Shown: one piece after another, positions 49,758-64,000 of the stretch
Numbering within the stretch: position 1 is the first letter of the stretch
How the letters are laid out: each line of letters opens with the position of its first letter
Assembly (NCBI GenBank): GCA_045837725.1
Contig: JBEWZL010000064.1
Coordinates: forward strand, 248,001 to 312,000
Source of the DNA: Vermamoeba vermiformis
Lineage: Eukaryota
Direction of reading: 5' to 3'
DNA: 64,000 nucleotides
Program-made: the position numbers and the translations under genes
Notes under the pieces: model-generated
The model's database searches: none
Seen by the model: only the letters and a program-made list of their open reading frames with translations
Told to the model about the DNA's origin: nothing

Positions 49758-50125
49758 TGTAGTGCTTGGATAAATAGGAAAATATTATTTATCGAAAGAT
49801 TCGACCTTTGTTGTGGTCGCGATTGCAAGAACAGAGATAAAAAAAGACATTTCTATCAAACGCTTATTTCTCGGAAATCGAACGCAATTTCGTGGTCAAA
49901 CTTTGTCAACATTAAAAATGGCGCGAACTGTATTGGCACAGCTTTGTTCATCAAGTTACAAGAGAAGGAAGCAAATGATTAATTTATAAGTTCCTCAGTC
50001 TGTAGTTAAAGCTGCTTTTCAAAATTGGAGATCGGCATACTGCAGTCAAATCCGGACTTTGTTAAATAACTGAAGAAAAATCGTTTTAACTATAGTACGA
50101 TTAATCCGTAGTATTTCAATTGCAA

Positions 50126-51393
50126 ATGGCAGATATTAAACGCAAAAAATACAGGTAATAAATTATATTTATTTATATTTTTATTGACACTGATCAGCAC
50201 GCCTAAACTCCAAATAATACCTATGGACTATCAGTTATTAATATTGATATTTTTAGAACACCGAAGTGGAAAGAAACAAATGTTGCGGCTTACACGATCG
50301 CGCAAGAGTCCAAGTAAGACTGACGGTCAAAGACAGCTGCTCGAATATTAACATTTCGCAGGTACTTAATCGCTTCAAATGTTCCTGCACTTGGTTTAGA
50401 AAAAGAGTTGCTTAAGTCATTCGCGTTGTATGGAGAGATCGAGGAATATCGCCACATGGACGACCAAGGCGATAAATTCAACGACGTATATTGGATTAAA
50501 TTCAAAGACATTGCCGCCGCGCGATTAGCGAAGGCCAAGCTGAATAAGAGCTCGTTTTTCAGCAACGAGTTGAAAGTCAAGTACGCGCCTGAATTCGAAA
50601 CTATTGAAGATACACGAGAAAAGATAGAAGAAAGACGAACTACAATATTATTTAAATTAAAGAGTAAGTTCACAATACAACTAAAGCCGAAAAAGAACTG
50701 ACAAACGGTATCTAGATGCGGACAAATTTTATTCGACAACACCCAAGAAGAAGGTACTAACTTGAAACATTCCCTATATTTGATACTAATAGTTCATAGA
50801 ACCCTTTGGAACCGTGGATGGATTCAGAGAATGCAGAGCACTATCAGTTCACAACGGATCCGAACACGGGCGAACAAATGGTCTCACTCAAGCCTGACTA
50901 TAATCCATATGCTCAGCACACACCTCCACCGCCGCAACAACAGACGCCCTCGACGAACTATACCAACTACAGCAATACTAATGTGCCTCCACCGCCTCCC
51001 AAGCCTCACCAAATCATACCTCCGCCACCTGCTAAACGCCCCAATATTCCACCACCGCCACCACCAAAGCAGTCAGCACCACATCATATTCCTCCTCCAC
51101 CGCCTAAAGAGAAGGTCAGTGAAAAACAAGGAGAAGAACGACGCGGTATCAAGCGGCCAAGTCAGGAAGATCTCGTGAACAAGTACGGCGGAAGTTTGTC
51201 GAAAGAATTCCCGCCAAATGATTCAGTGACTAGCTCGGTCATGTCAATCAGAAGCAAATTGAAGAAGACGAATAGAATCATCTTGCCGCCCAGCGTCATG
51301 GCTCAATTGAACGAGCAACCAGATCCGACTAGCAAGTCTCAAGACAACGATCAAAACCCGAACAAACGACGAAAACTGGATAACAAGAAGTGA
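50126..51393 (+). CDS. RBM48: RNA-binding protein 48 (minor spliceosome RRM protein)
   Basis: YTIAQESKYLIASNVPALG...FALYGEIEEY...VYWIKF...AARLAK...YAPEFETIEDTREK; proline-rich tail. Confidence 0.88.
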
Positions 51394-51469
51394 TTCAACA
51401 CTCACAGTTACTATGAACAAGATGTTTATATGCAATAACACAAATGACAATCTGGATCTCGATTTGCTT

Positions 51470-52439
51470 TTAAATTTGCAACACGCAACCGCCGCCAGCA
51501 GAGATGTTTTGGCCAATGACCCAGCCAGCCTTGACAGAATCTGCCACGAAAGCTACCACACGAGCCACGTCCTCGGGAGTACCTAAGAACACTGTTAGCA
51601 CAACTCTCTCGAAAAGTCAATTACAAGTGCGTACCAAGACGGTTCAATGGCGATGCTGCAGCACCCATCTTTGCGAGTTCAGGACCACCAGCAGCCATCA
51701 TGTCCGTGTCGGTGTAGCCAGGCGAGACAGTGTTGATTCGAATGCCTTTAGCGCCCAATTCACGTGCGAGAGTGACGGTGATACCTTCAAGAGCTAACTT
51801 GCTGGCGATGTAGATTGGCGATGGCATGGCGGCCTTAGTGCCACCAGTACTGAGATTGATGATGGATCCGCCTGGCTGGATGTGCGGAATAACTGCTTGG
51901 ATGAGGAAAAGAACGGCCTAAGAAGAAAAATCTCGCGTTAATCTCCGTGGAATTTGGTACGACTAGAGTGGCGATGTGGACTTTACCTTCGTATTGATAT
52001 TGAATACGCGATCAAATTCGGCTTCAGTAAGTTGACCAAGAGCACCTCCTCCGAATACTCCGGCGTTGTTAACTAAAATTGTGAATCAGTATAATGCGAA
52101 CGAGCTTCCATTACCTACCTAAAATATCAATTTTTCCGAATTCAGCGAGAACTTTGTTGACGAGATCTTGGTGGCCTTTCAGCTCTCCCACGTCATTTCG
52201 AATGGCAAGTACACGAACACCAAAGGTCTTAATCTTTTCGACGGTCTAATATAAATTGTTAGAATGACAAACAAGGCGCCAATGGACGAGCAGGATCTAC
52301 GTACTTTTTGTGCTGCTTCCGCGTTGCTGACATAAGTGAAAGCGATATCAGCTCCTTCCTTGGCGAATTCGACGGCAATAGCAGCACCAATACCTCTGGA
52401 AGCACCGGTGATCAAAGCGACTTTACCCTTGAGTGACAT
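51470..52439 (-). CDS. Classical short-chain dehydrogenase/reductase, multi-exon
   Basis: ITGASRGIG, NNAG, YIASK, IRINTVSPG, PLNRLGTPEDVA. Confidence 0.92.
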
Positions 52440-52995
52440 TGCGGATTTGAATTAGATCTTGTGTGTTTCGGTTAGTTTTGACTAATAGAGAACGTGTGTT
52501 GCTCTGTTATTGTTAGTTGTATTGAATGAATAACAAATGGCGAAACTATCGTCTTTTAAAGCTGCGGCGTTACCTTCGTTCTAGAACATACCGGACGACA
52601 AAATTTAACATTAAACCGATTGGAAGCATCACTAATTAGGAAATCTTCTCCGAAAGTACCTTTTTTGTAACTTTCGTACACAACCTAATTTAGAAGATCG
52701 GCGAAACAGGATCACTCTTTCCAAATTAGGAAAGTGTCGCCGCCCTGATCCACGTGCTCGCCAACACCGCGAACCTTCTGTTAGTTGGACATAGTGCTTG
52801 TTTGTGGGTGTTGTTTTAACACAATTTCCGAATATCGATTTTCCGAAAACAGATTTCGAAGCATGCAGCTCCGTTCCCGTTCAGATCCAGCGAGCCCTTT
52901 CCACGGATTTCCGTATAAATAGTGATTGGTATGCTCTATGCCTCATATGATCAAATCCTATTTCTGAGCAAGAACAAGTTTTCATTTTAACAAAA

Positions 52996-54534
52996 ATGTC
53001 TCGGTACGAGAGCAGACGTCGATCTCGCTCACGGTCAAATTCAAGATCACGATCACGCTCTAGATCTCGTGATAGATATCGTTCTAGATCGAGATCACCG
53101 CGTAGAAGGTCGCCGGATCTTAAGAGGAAACGAGAAGAAGAGTTCGATCGAAGAGACTCGTTTCGTAGATCTCCTAAGCGCGCACGAGTCCTTGATGATG
53201 AGGAAGGATTTGCGTTTGATGATACTGAGGATGGTTGGGCCCGTAGAGCTGAAGACGATGAAAAGACAAAAGTAAGAAAAATCAAAAATTAATCATGAAA
53301 TATTACAAACATTTTTATTTAATTCGATTAGTGCTTGTAGTGTATTTACATATGACATTACTTTATGGAAAAAATATTTGATTTATGTTTAGTTAATTGT
53401 GAATTTTGTTTAGAGACAACGCGAAAGAATGGAGGCCTTGCGCGACGAACCAATGCCAGCTATGTACTCCGTTCATAAGGGAAAGGTACGTTCATATGCA
53501 TTGGTATTAAAATAAGCGGTTATTTACACCTTACAATCAACAGGTCGCATCCATCAAAGATTTCGGTGTCTTTGTTGAAATAACTGGCTACAAGCGACAA
53601 GGTACGACCAAATATTGTCCATTAACCGAGCGTTATATATTAATATAATAACGTCTTTGTTACAGGCTTAGTGCACGTAACTCAAATTTCAAACTACAGA
53701 GTTGAGGACATCCGTGCGGTACTGTCAATGGGCGATCCAGTCTGGGTCAAAGTGATTAAAATAGTACGAATACTATATATTACTAATGCACGAGCGAGTA
53801 CTAATATTGTAACTATAGGAAGAAGATCTAGGCAAATATTCCTTGTCGATGAAATATGTCAGTCAAACCGATGGAACTGACTTGGATCCGAACAACAGTA
53901 CGTGCTTATCATATTACTACATACACCTCTAATATTATAACAGTTAAATTAACACTCGACAATGACAAGCGCAAGACTGGTGGCAAGTTTTTCGATCATC
54001 ATCGCATTGAGCTTGAAGCTGTGGTGAATGCAACTTGCACCAAATGTACGTATATATCCTATTTATATAATATTATGCATAAATATTATGGAGCACTATC
54101 ATTAGAAGGTCCCGAGCGGATCATTTTATTTTTGTAACGGATCAGTATGGTTAATAGGAATATTGTGTAGGCGGTGGTAAAGGTCATGTCGCAGTTGATT
54201 GTTGGAACTTGGACGGCAAGAATTACGCGCTGATTGAAGACGACACTGGCGGCGATGATATTACTAAACGAAAGCGCCTTGAAGACGCGGCTAATAATCA
54301 AAACGTTATGCCGCCTGCTAAACATGAGCACCATCATCATCACCACCACCATCATAACGAGCATAAGGTACAATATTTTTTATTTATTTTAATGTTTCGT
54401 ACTGACTTAGATCTGCGTAGGACAAAAAAGATAAAAAGCATAAAGAGAAGGATAAGAAACATAAAAGTAAGGACAAGGATAAGAAACATAAGGATAAAGA
54501 CAAGGATAAGAAGCACAAGAAGCATAAGCATTAA
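52996..54534 (+). CDS. ZCCHC17: S1-domain/CCHC zinc-knuckle protein (pNO40) with RS-rich N-terminus
   Basis: S1 domain (FGVFVEI...GLVHVTQIS...SLSMKYVSQTDGTDLDPNN), IELEAV, CTKCGGKGHVAVDC, K-rich tail. Confidence 0.85.
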
Positions 54535-54594
54535 ATTTTAGCCGATCTAAGTTTATGTACATAAAGAGTTAATAAATAATTAATTGTAGCGTAA

Positions 54595-55113
54595 TCACTT
54601 CGAATTCTTTTCTAGAATTACATTAGCCATAGCATATTCATTGTCGTGAGTAATAGCGACGTGTATTTTACTGATTTCTAGTTCTTCTAATACTCGCTTG
54701 GCATCACCGTCAAAAATTACTTCTGGTCTACCTGCTCAAAAATAAGAATTAGCTCATATTAATATACCACGTGAAATGACTCTTGTATTAATATGCTAGT
54801 ATGGGTTAAACGGATTGTTAGGAAAGTAAAAAATGGATCGAATCTGGATTGGCAATTGAGATTTACCTCGTGGTCCTTCTTTGACCCACAAATCTGTAAA
54901 TGCAACATTACGCGTGCCTAGGGCTTTATACGTAGCTTCTTTAACGCCCCAACGACCGGCTAAGAAAGTGATGGCATTTTTCGTGCTTGATCTCGCTTTG
55001 TACGACTCGAATTCTTTTGGATGCAGAAATTTACGTGCAAATCTGTCGCCATATGATTGCACTAATTTTACTACACGAGGGATGTACACTATATCGTTGC
55101 CTATGCCGTACAT
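54595..55113 (-). CDS. acpS: Holo-ACP synthase (AcpS-type phosphopantetheinyl transferase), 2 exons
   Basis: GIGNDIV, LAGRWGVKEATYKAL, GRP, HVAITHD. Confidence 0.88.
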
Positions 55114-55446
55114 TGAAAAATCAAGATCGTGATCTCTGCAAATAAATCAATAAATACCCATATTAAATTAATTTAATATGCAATTAATCAGTGCTAGAAA
55201 TGTTATGCGATTTCACTTTAATTTAAAAAAACTAACACGATATTTATTTATTTGCTTTTTTCAGCTTAGCGAGTAGCCCGAATACTTACAGTTCTCTATT
55301 CGAGTATATAATACAATACCAATATAATAAATAATCTAATTAAGTAAATTGAATCGTTGTCACGCGTTGAGTGACACTTTAAAAGTGAAAAAAGTTTAAT
55401 TTTCCATTATCTTGATCGCGAGGCCCACACATCGAGACACCAGAAA

Positions 55447-58120
55447 ATGCAGTTTATATTTTATTTGCTCCTAGTGTTGACTTTCTTGTTCATCTATTTA
55501 TACATCAAGCCAAAGACAAGGGTATGAACTCAATGCAAATTTTAGATCGTGATACCCTCAATAATTATAATTTCCGAGCATACCAATACTTTCTTGTACG
55601 CATAATAATATCATATTTATAGTAATCGTATTTAATCTAATTGATTGTAAACAGGATTCTTCTGGTTATCAAAATTTACGCGCCTCAACTGTTTGGAACC
55701 TCAAGGAATCCCCGAGTGTAGAGGTACTCATAAATATCTCATTAAATCATAGTAATATTCCTATAATAATGAAATGAATAGAAGCACCAAACCGAGGAAC
55801 TTGAACCGGAAACCGAAGAAACATCCGCCGAAGAACCAAAGCCAGCCGCTATCAAATCGAACACTTCATTTGCTAACCTCAAAGTATTTACTGGCACTTG
55901 GAATTTAGGTACATATGAGCCATTTAAATATTAATTGCTATTCAATTCAGATCCTTTCGTACGAAATTTCATCAATTTGTCCCGTGCGATTGGACTAACC
56001 GACTGATAGCTTGAATCATCCGTACTCGTATTATTATAGTCCTAAATTATATTATCCTTAGGCGATACAGCTCCTGTTCACGAGCAGATCAGCAGATGGT
56101 TTGACAAAGACGTTTACGATATTATTGCAATTGGTGTGCAGGTAAGAATTAATTCTTCATTTGTCGTACGCTTCTGCATATTTAAAAATTCAAGAATTAC
56201 TATATTAGTCCTTTTTTGGCGACGTTTTCAATTTGTACTGGATCGAGATCGCACTGCATTTTTGATAAATCGATTACTAATTAATTTATTAATAACATAA
56301 ATAGGAATGCAAATATAAACCTGCCCCTGGTTACGCTAATGTCGAAGAAGACTGGTTTGGAACACTCGAAAAGATAGCCGGATCCAATTATTTTGTCGTG
56401 TCCCGTGCAAGTCTGCGAGACTCGATTAGATTGCTCGTGTTGGCTAAAAATGACCACAAATCTAACATTAGAAACGCTGAGGTACGTATAGACTCTCTGA
56501 CCCTGATTTAATATCGGTGTCCGGTGTCATGTTTTGATGACACGTGTCATTTACTGACTCGCGCGAACATGTCAGAGCACGATCTATTCGACGAGCGTGC
56601 CCATCTTCTGGCGCAAGGGCGGCGTGGGCGTGTCATTCATGTACGACAGCACGAGTGTGTGCTTCATCAACTGTCACTTGGCCGCGCATCAAAATGAGGT
56701 CCGTCATTATTTCCTTTTATGGCTATACCGAAAAAACTAATGTATCTCGCGCGCAGATCTTGGCTCGAAACACCGATGCTATTTTAATTTCGAAGAATCT
56801 CAAGCTAGGCAACAAGAACTACGACGTCACGCATCAATTCCATCACACTTTCTGGTACGGTACTTAATGTTGCTATAATTAGGACTATAGGCTATAATAA
56901 TATGATCATAGGATCGGTGATTTGAACTACCGCATTAATATGACCAAGGATGAGGTCGTAAAATATGTCGACGCAAAAGACTATGAGTCGTTGTACAAGC
57001 AAGATCAGTTCAGGTGCGCTTTGAAAATTTGAATTATAATAGCATTTATAATTAATATACTGCCTATATATGCAGAACTGAACAAGAAAAAGGCAAAGTT
57101 TTGGTTAATTTCCGCGAAGGAAAAATCGCGTTCAGACCAACTTTCAAGTTCGACCGCGGCACATTGACTTATTCAGTCACGGTGCGTATAGTACATTCTT
57201 ATAGTAGGCCCCACTAACTGTTAATCTATCGCAGGTGGCGCGTATTCCTAGCTGGTGTGACCGTGTGCTGTATCAATCACTTGACGGTCTCGAAGGAAAT
57301 TTGGTTCAAACTGATTACTCGTGTGTCGAATCAATTGTGTCGAGGTACGTGCATATAAATAGCTATAGTCATATTGAATATGACCTAATGATGTGCTACT
57401 CTTAGCGATCATATTCCTGTGCGTGCTAGTTTCACGCTCAAAATGCCATTGGATCACTTCCCAGTCTCGGCCAAGTGGCACAGATTTACTATCAAGATCA
57501 CCGAGCTGAGCTACAATATCACGTAAGGACTATATTTAGCGTTAATAATACTGTGCTAATGTGTGCCGTAGCAATTTGTTGGGCGTTGTGTTGAACCCTC
57601 GCGTCATCTTCACGGGACCTACCTTAGAACGAGAGCCAATCAAATCAACCATCGCTATTAGCGTAAGTATATACTAAGGACCTACTATCATATCACAAAA
57701 TATCGTTCGTAAAGTCGATATACTATCAATAATACAGCGTTGAAAAGTAACATGCACGCAAAATTTTTATCACTTCAAATGACTGACCGTTTTGTCCGTA
57801 GAAAACTCAACACCAGTTCCCCGATGATGCCGTAGCACCGTTCTTCACGAAATTATTGCCGGGTGAAGGATACATGGAGAATCAACATTTGTTCGTTGCG
57901 ATCTACCATTACCGAGGTGAAGGTCGTGAAGAACTGTTAGGTCAAGGCTGTGTCTGCTATAAAAATCATCTTATGACTAACAACAGCTTCAATGTTAAGC
58001 TCTACGATGGTGGTTTGTTTATTGTAAGTTTCTTGCTGGTGGATCTGGCTAGCCAGCTAATACTAACGTTATTTCTGCTTGCAGGGTACCGTTTCTGCCA
58101 AAATGGAAGTGTCATTGTAA
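55447..58120 (+). CDS. Inositol polyphosphate 5-phosphatase with N-terminal signal anchor and C-terminal C2-like domain
   Basis: GTWNLG, IGVQE, NCHLAAH, WIGDLNYR, PTFKF, PSWCDRVL, SDHIPV across many exons. Confidence 0.88.
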
Positions 58121-58466
58121 TAAATAAGTTAATTAATCATAAAAAAAGCCTTTCAGGGCTATGTGCATTGCAATAACAGCTTTACAAAAAATACTCATCT
58201 CGTGAACCCGTCATTTGGATCTGTGGGAGGCTAGATAAATCGTGACTTCAAGTGCATGTTATTCGGGTGGTAATGGGCATACGGCGCAACGCGGACCGAT
58301 AGTGCAAAATCAGACTAATTCCAGATCTGACCGATAAATTAGTATTTGAGTGTAAATTGCCTAAATAGTGTCATTTTATTATACAAGAACTAATTTGATA
58401 CAAGAAGTGGGCAAGTAATTTTTCAAATAATAGTAGTACATTTTTTTGGTGGCGGATGTAGCTTTT

Positions 58467-58616
58467 TTATTCCGAACCATTTGAAAGTCTTCGTCCAACT
58501 ATGGAACCATCGTCTAATATTACAAGGTTGCTTTCATCGACGTGCTTATCGAGCACGGAGGACTGGAGGGACTCCGGCAGTGTAAGATCTGCTGCACTCG
58601 TCTCAGTATTGCCCAT
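58467..58616 (-). CDS. Small ORF with myristoylation-like start (possible first exon or relic)
   Basis: MGNTETS..., 49 aa, coding-like composition. Confidence 0.2.
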   Translation of the reverse strand: MGNTETSAADLTLPESLQSSVLDKHVDESNLVILDDGSIVGRRLSNGSE

Positions 58617-58782
58617 TAAATATCACTACACTAAATAGCAGTGAAGTCTCTTTCCGTTGTACTTTATTTATACTTTAAATAAACAATGTTCTTTGAGCCA
58701 AAATAATTCGGTCAAGCAGCTCAATAATTTTTCGGCGTACGATAAAAAATTGTAGCAATACAAAATAACCGCCGTGGCATAA

Positions 58783-60043
58783 TTAGACCTCTTTCAAGCT
58801 ATCATGCAGTACTTGCGTCAACATCTTGTTGAACTTCAGCATCGCTGCACTGCGCACAGCATCGAACCAAAAACACCTAACCAAACGAATTAGTATGCGT
58901 ACTCGTGACTCACTAAGGCATGTCTGTTTCTTACTTGACGGTCACCGTTGGATTGTTGGCAGGACTCAACGTGCCAACGAATCGATACGCCAAGTTGACC
59001 TCGAAGTTAGCTCTGGTGTCATTCAGATCCTACATTGACGTTAAGTATGAACTGAACTGAGCAGTATATGACTTGCTTTGACGTACCCAGTACTCCAACA
59101 ACAAGGTCTGCGGTGACGTGTCGTCAGTGATTTTGAGCAGCCATTGCGCTTGTTGAGCTGTGGGACGTTTGATCACTTCTTGCACTGCCGATGCATTGTT
59201 AGTACAAAGGCCTCAATACTAAGTCATTGAAGCAGTACCTCGTGCGATGATCTCGACAAAGTTGAGTGGCTCTTTCAGACCTCGGATGTAGAAGTGCGTG
59301 CCTCGATAGGCAATGTCGCTCAACAGCTTCGAGTTCAGCGGCGTCAATCTGAACTCGTGCTGTGGTCGTTGAGTGCGACGAGGTGCTGCTGGTTGACTAG
59401 CTGCGAGGACAATAGGCGATATGTCTCGCATCTCCACGTCCACATTGTCGTCATCAAAGTACGAGCTAGCACTGCCGTTGGTGTGGTTGAAGATCTGTTG
59501 CTGCGACCTCTTCTTTTGATGCACGAGTGTAGGCTCATCGTAGGCATCGTCCATCTCAACGTCTAAGTCGTATCCATATGATGTATGGTGATAGCGGTTA
59601 GGTTCGTTTTGTTGCGGAGCTGCTCCGTACGGTGCCTGAGGCCTAACATAAACAGATCAGGTGCGATCTTGTCGGAGATTTCTAATACTTACCTAGCATT
59701 CGCTTTTTGAGGCGCAGCCTTAGGAGGAGGCTTATTAGTCGCCGGTTGCTTATAAAAGTTATCTATTCGGAGTTAGAATGCTATTCTATGGACGGATCTT
59801 TAATGTACCTTTCGGAGCCAGACTGTTGCTAGGACCGCTTACTCGCTGAGGTGGAGGTCGATATGAATTTTCCAAAGGCCTTTTCTTAGCGTTGGTATCA
59901 TTTGGAATAGCAGCACGAGCAGACTGAGGCGGTGCTCTGGATGCGTTGTTGCCGATCGAGTTGGCCAACCGCTGACGATAGTACGACGATGCAGGCTGTT
60001 TAGGAGCCGCCTTAGATGCACTGTTATTACTTTTGTTGTTCAT
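58783..60043 (-). CDS. Protein with disordered N-terminus and C-terminal RPA32/Stn1/RMI2-like OB fold
   Basis: PLNSKLL...FYIRG...LNFVEIIARV...LKITDDT...YRFVGTL pattern of RPA2-class OB folds. Confidence 0.55.
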
Positions 60044-60272
60044 TTGTGTCGCTCAGATTGAAAGTAAAGACAAAAAATAAAATTGTTTGAATCGCGTACT
60101 GGAAACTTGACGAACATCAATTTTCAGCGAAATTTCGCTGCAGCGCTACAAACAACGTTGCAGCAGCTACAGTGACTTACCCTTTACAATACTCTGCAGG
60201 TCCTAGCATATACGTGCGTTCCGGAACTGACGAACTGAAGTTGAAGGCGAGATCGCAACTCTTCTCGGATAT

Positions 60273-62398
60273 TTAAATTTTCCTTCTGTTAGCATGTTGT
60301 TTAGCTTGATTTTGTTCTGCTATTCGCACGTTCTTATCGGCAAGACTCTCCTCCTATAAAACTCAAATTAGCCGTTGAAGTTTTAGATGCCGGGCTTCGT
60401 ACCTTAGGCAGAGCTATGACGCCATTAATGCTTAAAATAAGTGTTGATGCCTCGACAGCTGCTTGTAAGGCTGTTCTTTTAATGGCCGATGGCTCCCATA
60501 CGTAAAGATCTTGAATATCCATCGGCTTCTTTTCATTGACTCCAACTCCATACCTTTTGATAAATCATTCGTTATTAAGCATAAGAAATGATATTAATAC
60601 GATATTGTCAAAAGTTCTTACCTTAAGCAATTTTTGTCGTCACTTGCGTGGATCTTCTCAAGATCAATCATAATCTTAGCTGTATCGAGTCCCGCATTGT
60701 CGCAGATAGCAGCGGGTATCTCGCTCAATGCATCACCAAATGTTTCAAAGACCTTCCTAATATCCTTGCCTATATAAAGAAGAAGTCCACATTAGTTTTT
60801 CAGATCCGCTAATACCTCGAAGTTTGACGTACTTTCATTATTGGCAACTTGCTTCAATCGTTGTCTTAATTGCATTTCCGTAGCACCACCGCCAAGTACA
60901 ATGCTGTGATGGCTATTTAGGCGCTTAATAGCTGAAAATGCGTCGATAAAACTGCGCTCAACCTCTTCAACAAGCATGTTCGAGGCCCCATGCAAAATGA
61001 TCGTTACAACAGGACTGCTATTCGTATTTAATATTGAGTAATAGTCTTCTCCTATTTTCTTCTCTTCGTATAAGACGCATTTGCCGGGCTTAACTTTTTC
61101 ATCATCGGCGGACAGGTGCTCAATGGACGATATGACACGCACGTTCATTGCTTTGGACAACAGGTGCATAGTCTTTGCATCAATCCTGCCGATACTTGCA
61201 ATGTTTTTCTTGGCAAAAAATTGAGTGGCAAAGTCACCAACAGCTACAAATATAATCATAAGTCTACGATTCGCAAGAGATGGATCCACCATTTTCATAC
61301 CTTTACGATTCAATATGACAGTGCAGCCTGTTTTTTCTATCTTGCTGAGTTGATTTTCAAACAATTCCCATTCAACTTTGACGAATTCTTTCAGCTCTTC
61401 AGATGAGGTGACAGCAATCTTCGTGTGCTCGCCTTGATGCTTGTACTCAAGTTCTATGTCCAGTAATAATACTTTAGGTTCATTAATGAGCTTTGGTTGC
61501 AGATTATGACCGGCATAAATAAACGGGCGTTTAAAACAAACTCCGTCAATAATTTCCGAGTCAATTGTTCGGCCTTGTTTGATTGTAATAATATGTAAAT
61601 CTTCAATACTGACAGGATTATGTTTCCTAAAGAGCCTTAATTGAATTAATTAGTAAAAAAAGATAAGCAGCGAAAAATGAAAGTACCGTACTTTACGAGC
61701 AGATCTGAAAAGTGATCTTTGTTCAATGCAACAATCTTGCTATTTAATGAAGTACTAGCTATTTTCTTTAATGTCTCTTCATCTTCAATATTAACTTGTT
61801 GTTCCATAGTTTTGAGAGTATTCAAGCAAAAATATAACGCGTCCTACAAACAAATTAGCGGATTAGCTATAGAGATATAAAGTAAAGTTTGACCGACCTT
61901 AAATCCTTTAACTACTATAGTTGGGTGTATTTTAGATTGAATGAGTTCAAATCCACGAGTCAATAGAGCGCCAGTTAATATCACAACTCCTGTTGTCCCA
62001 TCGCCTGCCTAATTTTCATTAGAATTATTTAGATATTGTTATAAAATATTACCTCTCGATCCTGAGCCAAACTAGTATTAACGAGGATCTGTGCTGCAGG
62101 GTGTTCTATCTTCAACAATTTCAAAATTGTTGCGCCATCTACAAAAAAATCAATAACTCAAATTTCAAAAATCACATAAATTATGGATATTCATACCATT
62201 AGTAACAGTGAGTTTTCCATCGCGATAAATTAATTTATCTCTGCCTTTGGGACCGTAAGTTGATTTGATAATATTGACAACTGAGAGCGCCGCTTGAATA
62301 TTACTGATTAACGCTTTATTCTCAAAATAATATATTGTTCCAGGTCGTAATATTGAGCTCGTTTGGGATTTGAACTCGTCATTGGTGTTCGTACTCAT
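60273..62398 (-). CDS. Divergent CCT/TRiC subunit, eta (CCT7)-like, multi-exon
   Basis: STYGPKGRDKL, TNDGATI, GDGTT, FKRPFIYAG..QPK, VGDFATQFFA, EVERS, GGGATEM. Confidence 0.8.
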
Positions 62399-62462
62399 CA
62401 AGTTTTTGTTTCAAACTGTCTGGGATTTTCGTTCAAACCTGATAACAGATCGCAACAAGAGA

Positions 62463-64000
<1,538 letters not shown>

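Noticed and set aside
54420-54530. Short tandem repeats (GATAAG/CATAAA-like)
   Set aside because: They encode the KDK/KHK tail of ZCCHC17; not a CRISPR array or satellite.
51470-55113. SDR plus AcpS as a fatty-acid or polyketide cluster
   Set aside because: Separated by an unrelated gene; no ACP, KS or PKS nearby.
60760-60767. Second ATATCCTT (U12 donor-like)
   Set aside because: It is on the strand opposite the CCT-like gene, within coding sequence.

Overview
Gene-dense, intron-rich eukaryotic nuclear DNA with mostly 50-110 nt GT-AG introns, short intergenic spacers and the standard genetic code. The gene content (major vault protein, UBA6-type E1, Dlp/DRP5-type dynamin, C2-arrestin, RBM48) is most consistent with an amoebozoan-like protist; this is inference, not an identification. 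About 30 genes were reconstructed by hand across introns. Most are housekeeping: COA3, DPH3, HDAC1, UBA6, AKR, MVP, importin-5, Dlp, RBM48, SDR, ZCCHC17, AcpS, INPP5, a CCT7-like subunit and ALAD. Highlights: (1) a ~10 kb all-minus-strand surface-protein locus with four paralogous orphan type-I membrane proteins whose ectodomains diverge while the TM/YENI tail is homogenised, plus relics and a MITE with an empty-site control; (2) a 192-bp near-perfect copy of the MVP upstream region and start codon inside the last HDAC intron; (3) a canonical AT-AC U12 intron in importin-5; (4) a Ded1/DDX3 paralog with DEAD changed to EEVD and other motif substitutions; (5) a candidate CUG-initiated, NLS-bearing UBA6 isoform; (6) a strongly diverged CCT7-like paralog. 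Exon boundaries are manual and unverified by RNA data.
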